Assembly (NCBI GenBank): GCA_012295275.1
Contig: CM022669.1
Coordinates: 16,802,001 to 16,866,000, forward strand
Source of the DNA: Chrysomallon squamiferum
Taxonomy: Eukaryota; Animalia; Mollusca
Length of the DNA: 64,000 nucleotides
Direction of reading: 5' to 3'
Shown: in pieces, positions 16,591-64,000 of the stretch
Layout: each line of letters opens with the position of its first letter
Position numbering within the stretch: position 1 is the first letter of the stretch
Program-made: the position numbers and the translations under genes
The notes under the pieces: model-generated
Seen by the model: only the letters and a program-made list of their open reading frames with translations
Told to the model about the DNA's origin: nothing
The model's database searches: none

Positions 16591-17335
16591 ACAAAAAAAT
16601 AAATATAAAACGACAATACTGAAGACATTATCAAAATATTTATTACGTGTGTACATCGGTAATCAAAATTTTGAAATCAAACTAACATTCACATACAAAA
16701 GATTCACTTAACAAAATCAATGTGGTGGAAAAATATACAAACCAATACTATCGGCGCGAAAAACAGTGATCCATTATTTTTGCATAATTATTTTTCGTTC
16801 ATTTATATCAACAACTTTTCACGCTCCTAAATATAGAATTTAATTTGTGTTATAGTACAAAACATATATCTCATTCACAGCTAACAAAATATACATTATA
16901 ATCTGCATTCAAACAATAAAGTAAATGATATAAAAAACACAAAAAAACACACATAAGCAATAGCTATTCTTTTGTCGCGAATCAGTAACGGGAATTAAAT
17001 TGAGTTATTTCCCTTACTTTCGTAATCGAAGCATAGATCCTAGTTTTGGTGTCTGTATATGTGATACGTGTTGGTAGTTAAGTGCTCTAAATTTTATTCG
17101 AACAGAAAAGCCGTGCATAATTGTAACAATACAAGAGATTGCTTGTTTAATTATGGTCCATTGTGTTTAGCTAGTAATGTCCATAAATATTACAAACTTA
17201 CAAGCAGAAAGCGAATTCGTACGCTAGTTAGTTTCTGGGTGTTTTTTCTTCTGTTTTTTTTTTTTTCTTTCTTTCTACTTTTGTTGTTGTTATTGTTTGA
17301 TTGTTTGTTTTTGCAAACGATTCACGGTTTTCAAC

Positions 17336-17435
<100 letters not shown>

Positions 17436-18312
17436 TTGTAAATTTAATCCATTATTTATGAATTAAGAATTCCTTAAAATTAATATTAAAAAAAAAAAAA
17501 AAAAAAGGATTATTCCTTAAGTCTTTTGTTCTGTATTTCTCTTCGTTTTGATTTTTCACTGTAATTTCCTAACATTTTTCACATGCGTTAATTTGTTGTT
17601 TTATTTAAAAGTAATAATAAAAGCAGAAAATTATAAAATTTAATAATGACAGAACCAAAAACCCAGTACAATACACAGACATATTGGAGGACTAAGCAAA
17701 ACAGTTTTCATTAACTAATGAAAGAAAAACAACATTTGTTCAACAGGCAAACCTTTCATACAGTCAGACTAACATCAAAAGCCACTCCCAAGATATGTTT
17801 TTATATGCTGTAGTCACATCCACTGACGAAATGATTAAGTTCATTTTTAATTTATGACAATCCGCATGTAACATTGTTTTCTTTTGTAACTCTTTGGTAA
17901 TGGCAAATGCATCTAGTTTTAGAACGTAATAGATTTTATCTTCTTACTTATTTAATTAATTAATTAACAACATATTTATTCATTTATGTTTATGTTATTT
18001 ATTTACCTACTTATTTTAATCTACTTGTTTGTTTTTTTTATTATTATTATTATAATTATCATCATCATTATCGGCATCATCATTATCATTAACAATCACA
18101 TTCGTCATCATTTTAACTAGTGGATTTATCACAAATGAATTATTCTGAATCAAAACCCCATGCTGAAAAACAAGCAGCATAATAATACATTCAGTTTTAT
18201 GATTATTTTATCTAAATCCATTGTGTCCTTTTTGTTTTTTGTTTTTTTGTTGTTTTTTTTTTTCGGAATAATTTGATTCAGTTCTGCGTGACAGTTAGGA
18301 CACACACACTGT

Positions 18313-61592
<43,280 letters not shown>

Positions 61593-61599
61593 TTTTGTC

Positions 61600-62067
61600 C
61601 TCGTCCTGTATATTATTTAATTCACAACAACATGACGTCCGTTCTGTAATGCGTATGTTATGTAATTATGTCACACTTCTCTCCTTCTTTTTTTTCTTCC
61701 CGAATGCAAAGGTAAGCTGTCGTAAAAACAAAATAAAAAAAAGAAAGTTACACAAGAACTAATTTCGTATAAGCCTTCGTCAGAACTGAAGTTCATCTGG
61801 AAAGAAGCCACGAGACTTTTAACGTGTACCAAGCAGATCCTCAATGATGCGTGACTAGTGTTGTGTGTAGTAACACAGCTAGGAAATAACTCGCAGCTTC
61901 GTTCGTCCCATTGTGGTTCTTTGCGACAAATGACTAAGCCCGGCGGAAAGACACGACAGCAGACGTGCGTATCACGTCTGCTCGGTGATTTGAGCTTTGG
62001 GAGGAGTTGCGTACGCAACCTGGTTAAGCAGACGACATTGTCATTACACTGCGCTAATATTTCGCGA

Positions 62068-62107
<40 letters not shown>

Positions 62108-62300
62108 GCTCGCCGTTTGTTTGGATGTTGGAGCGATGATGTTTGGTTTCAAGCGAAAAACCCGACTCCTGAAGAACAGGTTTCAAACGTTTGAATTTAC
62201 GATTACTATTCCTTAATCTTTTTTCTCTTTCAAGTTTGTTCTATTTAGAGATACACGAGCATGCAAAATGGCGCTGAAAGGAAATAACTTTATTTTAATT
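61600..62300 (-). promoter_or_regulatory. Likely 5' UTR/promoter region of the SRCR gene
   Basis: CpG-enriched stretch directly upstream of the ATG; YY1-like CAAAATGGCGC at 62264-62274; TSS not determinable. Confidence 0.4.
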
Positions 62301-63573
62301 ACCCTACTGCCGGTTTCTGATATTACACATGTAACTTCATTATTACCTAATATTATCGCAGAAACGTAAACTAATTAGGTGAATAGTAGATAGTGGAGGA
62401 AGTTATTTATGGACTCCGATAGAGAGTGACTTTTTGTATGTGTGTGTGGGACTGTGTTTGTCTGTATTCTTAAGTTCGTGTGTGTGTTTGCTGATCTTCC
62501 AAACATTATTCCTAAGCACGAAGTACGTATATTAAATTTCTTACCATAACCTAAGCGGAAAAATATTTGTTTATAGAAAATTCGATCAATAAACCTATTT
62601 ATAAATTTAAAAGCGACCTAATTATCAGTGCATCAGGCATTTATATTTCTTTCTATTTTCAAGGTTAATGTACAAGACGATCAGATTATTGTCAGGTTCG
62701 ATGAGGTTATACTATATTCTGGAACATGACCGTAGACTGTAGGAAACATTAAAAGTAAAACAAATACATGATTTGTTCACTGCTTTAGACTGGAACTTCG
62801 AGTTTATTGATTACTGTGTTCATAGTTACGATCTAAACATTGACACACCTATTCAATCACATAGGTAATGTCATAAAAACCTAGTAATAGATTAATTATG
62901 TATGTTATACAGTTAAAGAATATTGTCTGTTCAATAATAATACACATTTAGTAAGTGACAAATAGTACGAGCCAGTGTTGTCCATTTTATATTATCCTAT
63001 GTATAATTTCTGTACAATTCTGTAAGATCAATAAATACTGATTACTATTATGTCCATATATTTTTGAAAATTTTACACCTTCTAATAAGCAATACTAACT
63101 TATTTTGCAGCTTATTTTATATCATTATGGTAACATTTTTGATATGCATATTGTCATATTGTCATTCACCTTTCTGTAAATGTAAAAACAAAAAGTCCCC
63201 GACAGACAAATATTTATCTCACTGTCGTAGACTGACTCGCAATTAAACACTTACCAAAGTTAACAGATAACATAATAAATTATTATTAAACGGACAAGAT
63301 TCTAACCATCTAGTCAAACAGTAAACAAATAAACTGAAAACTAACATTTATTCTCAGTTTTAACGTGCTAGAAGCTCGGATGAATATAAAGAAGAAATCG
63401 TCCTGAAATTTTGCGAAGTAAATTAATATTATATCAAAACCATCTGAAGTAAAGATTACTAAAATCAGATTTATTTATATTTAGTTAGCCTTTTCTAGCA
63501 CGGTTTCTAATTTCTTCGCATGTGTAATTTTGAAAACAGTGCACATGGCAATACACAAACAAATTCAGTTCTA

Positions 63574-63866
63574 GCCTAATGGAAGATTCGAACCCAGTCT
63601 CTAAGATAATGAAGAATTCTAAACTGAACAAAGGACTGGTGTGTAGGATAAGGTACTGTTTGCTTTGTTTGTTTGTTTATTTGTTTGTTTTGGTTTGTTT
63701 TGTTTTTATTTTTAATCTTTTTTTTTTTTTTTTTTCGTTCTCTGCTCGGTGCCTTCGGTTTATCAAAGGTCATGGCTGTATTTTTAGTACAGTAACATGG
63801 ATAAGAACTGCAACATGTTTTTGTTTCGTATAAAACCAGCGCTCTAACCACTGAACTACATACAGC
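63574..63866 (-). mobile_element. Degenerate tRNA-derived (SINE-like) head with A and B boxes separated by ~250 bp
   Basis: Minus strand TAGTTCAGTGGTTAGAGCGC (A box/D-arm, 63839-63858) and GGTTCGAATC (B box, 63585-63594); no intact cloverleaf. Confidence 0.45.
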
Positions 63867-64000
63867 ACGTTCTTAAAAAAGAAGAAAAAGAATCAAAGCA
63901 TCCCTGCAGTATTTCTTAATGGCCTTCATGATACGCATCTATTCAACATGGTCGTCCTTTTCTGATACTCTAGCAGCTTTGCGTAATCATGTCCGTTCGT

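Noticed and set aside
63574-63866. Functional intron-containing tRNA-Ile(TAT)
   Set aside because: T-stem and acceptor stem pair poorly, and the ~250-bp spacer with simple repeats is not a plausible tRNA intron.

Overview
AT-rich, microsatellite-dense eukaryotic (invertebrate, probably lophotrochozoan/mollusc-like; inference) genomic DNA. The window holds one large minus-strand gene that I could splice by hand from canonical GT-AG sites: 35 coding exons from 61592 down to 18313, about 9.65 kb of CDS and about 3,216 aa after correcting two 1-nt indels. It encodes a type-I membrane receptor: signal peptide, 27 tandem scavenger-receptor cysteine-rich (SRCR) domains, a Thr/Ser/Pro mucin-like stalk, one TM helix, and a ~116-aa tail with FxNPxY and YxxF endocytic motifs. 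The SRCR array is organised as 2 canonical domains + 8 copies of a three-domain cassette + 1 canonical domain. One cassette position often carries an unusual vicinal Cys-Cys. There are no CUB/ZP domains or SID spacers, so it does not look like a true DMBT1 orthologue. Two exons carry single-base frameshifts in homopolymers, one -1 and one +1; these may be assembly errors or real lesions. Other elements: an internally deleted Tc1/mariner transposon with TIRs and TA TSD in the 16.7-kb first intron, several intronic minisatellites (two of which duplicate splice acceptors), a 26-bp-arm hairpin in the last intron, and a split tRNA/SINE-like head upstream. Positions 1-18 kb show no supportable coding sequence. 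Most ORFs in the supplied track are microsatellite artefacts.
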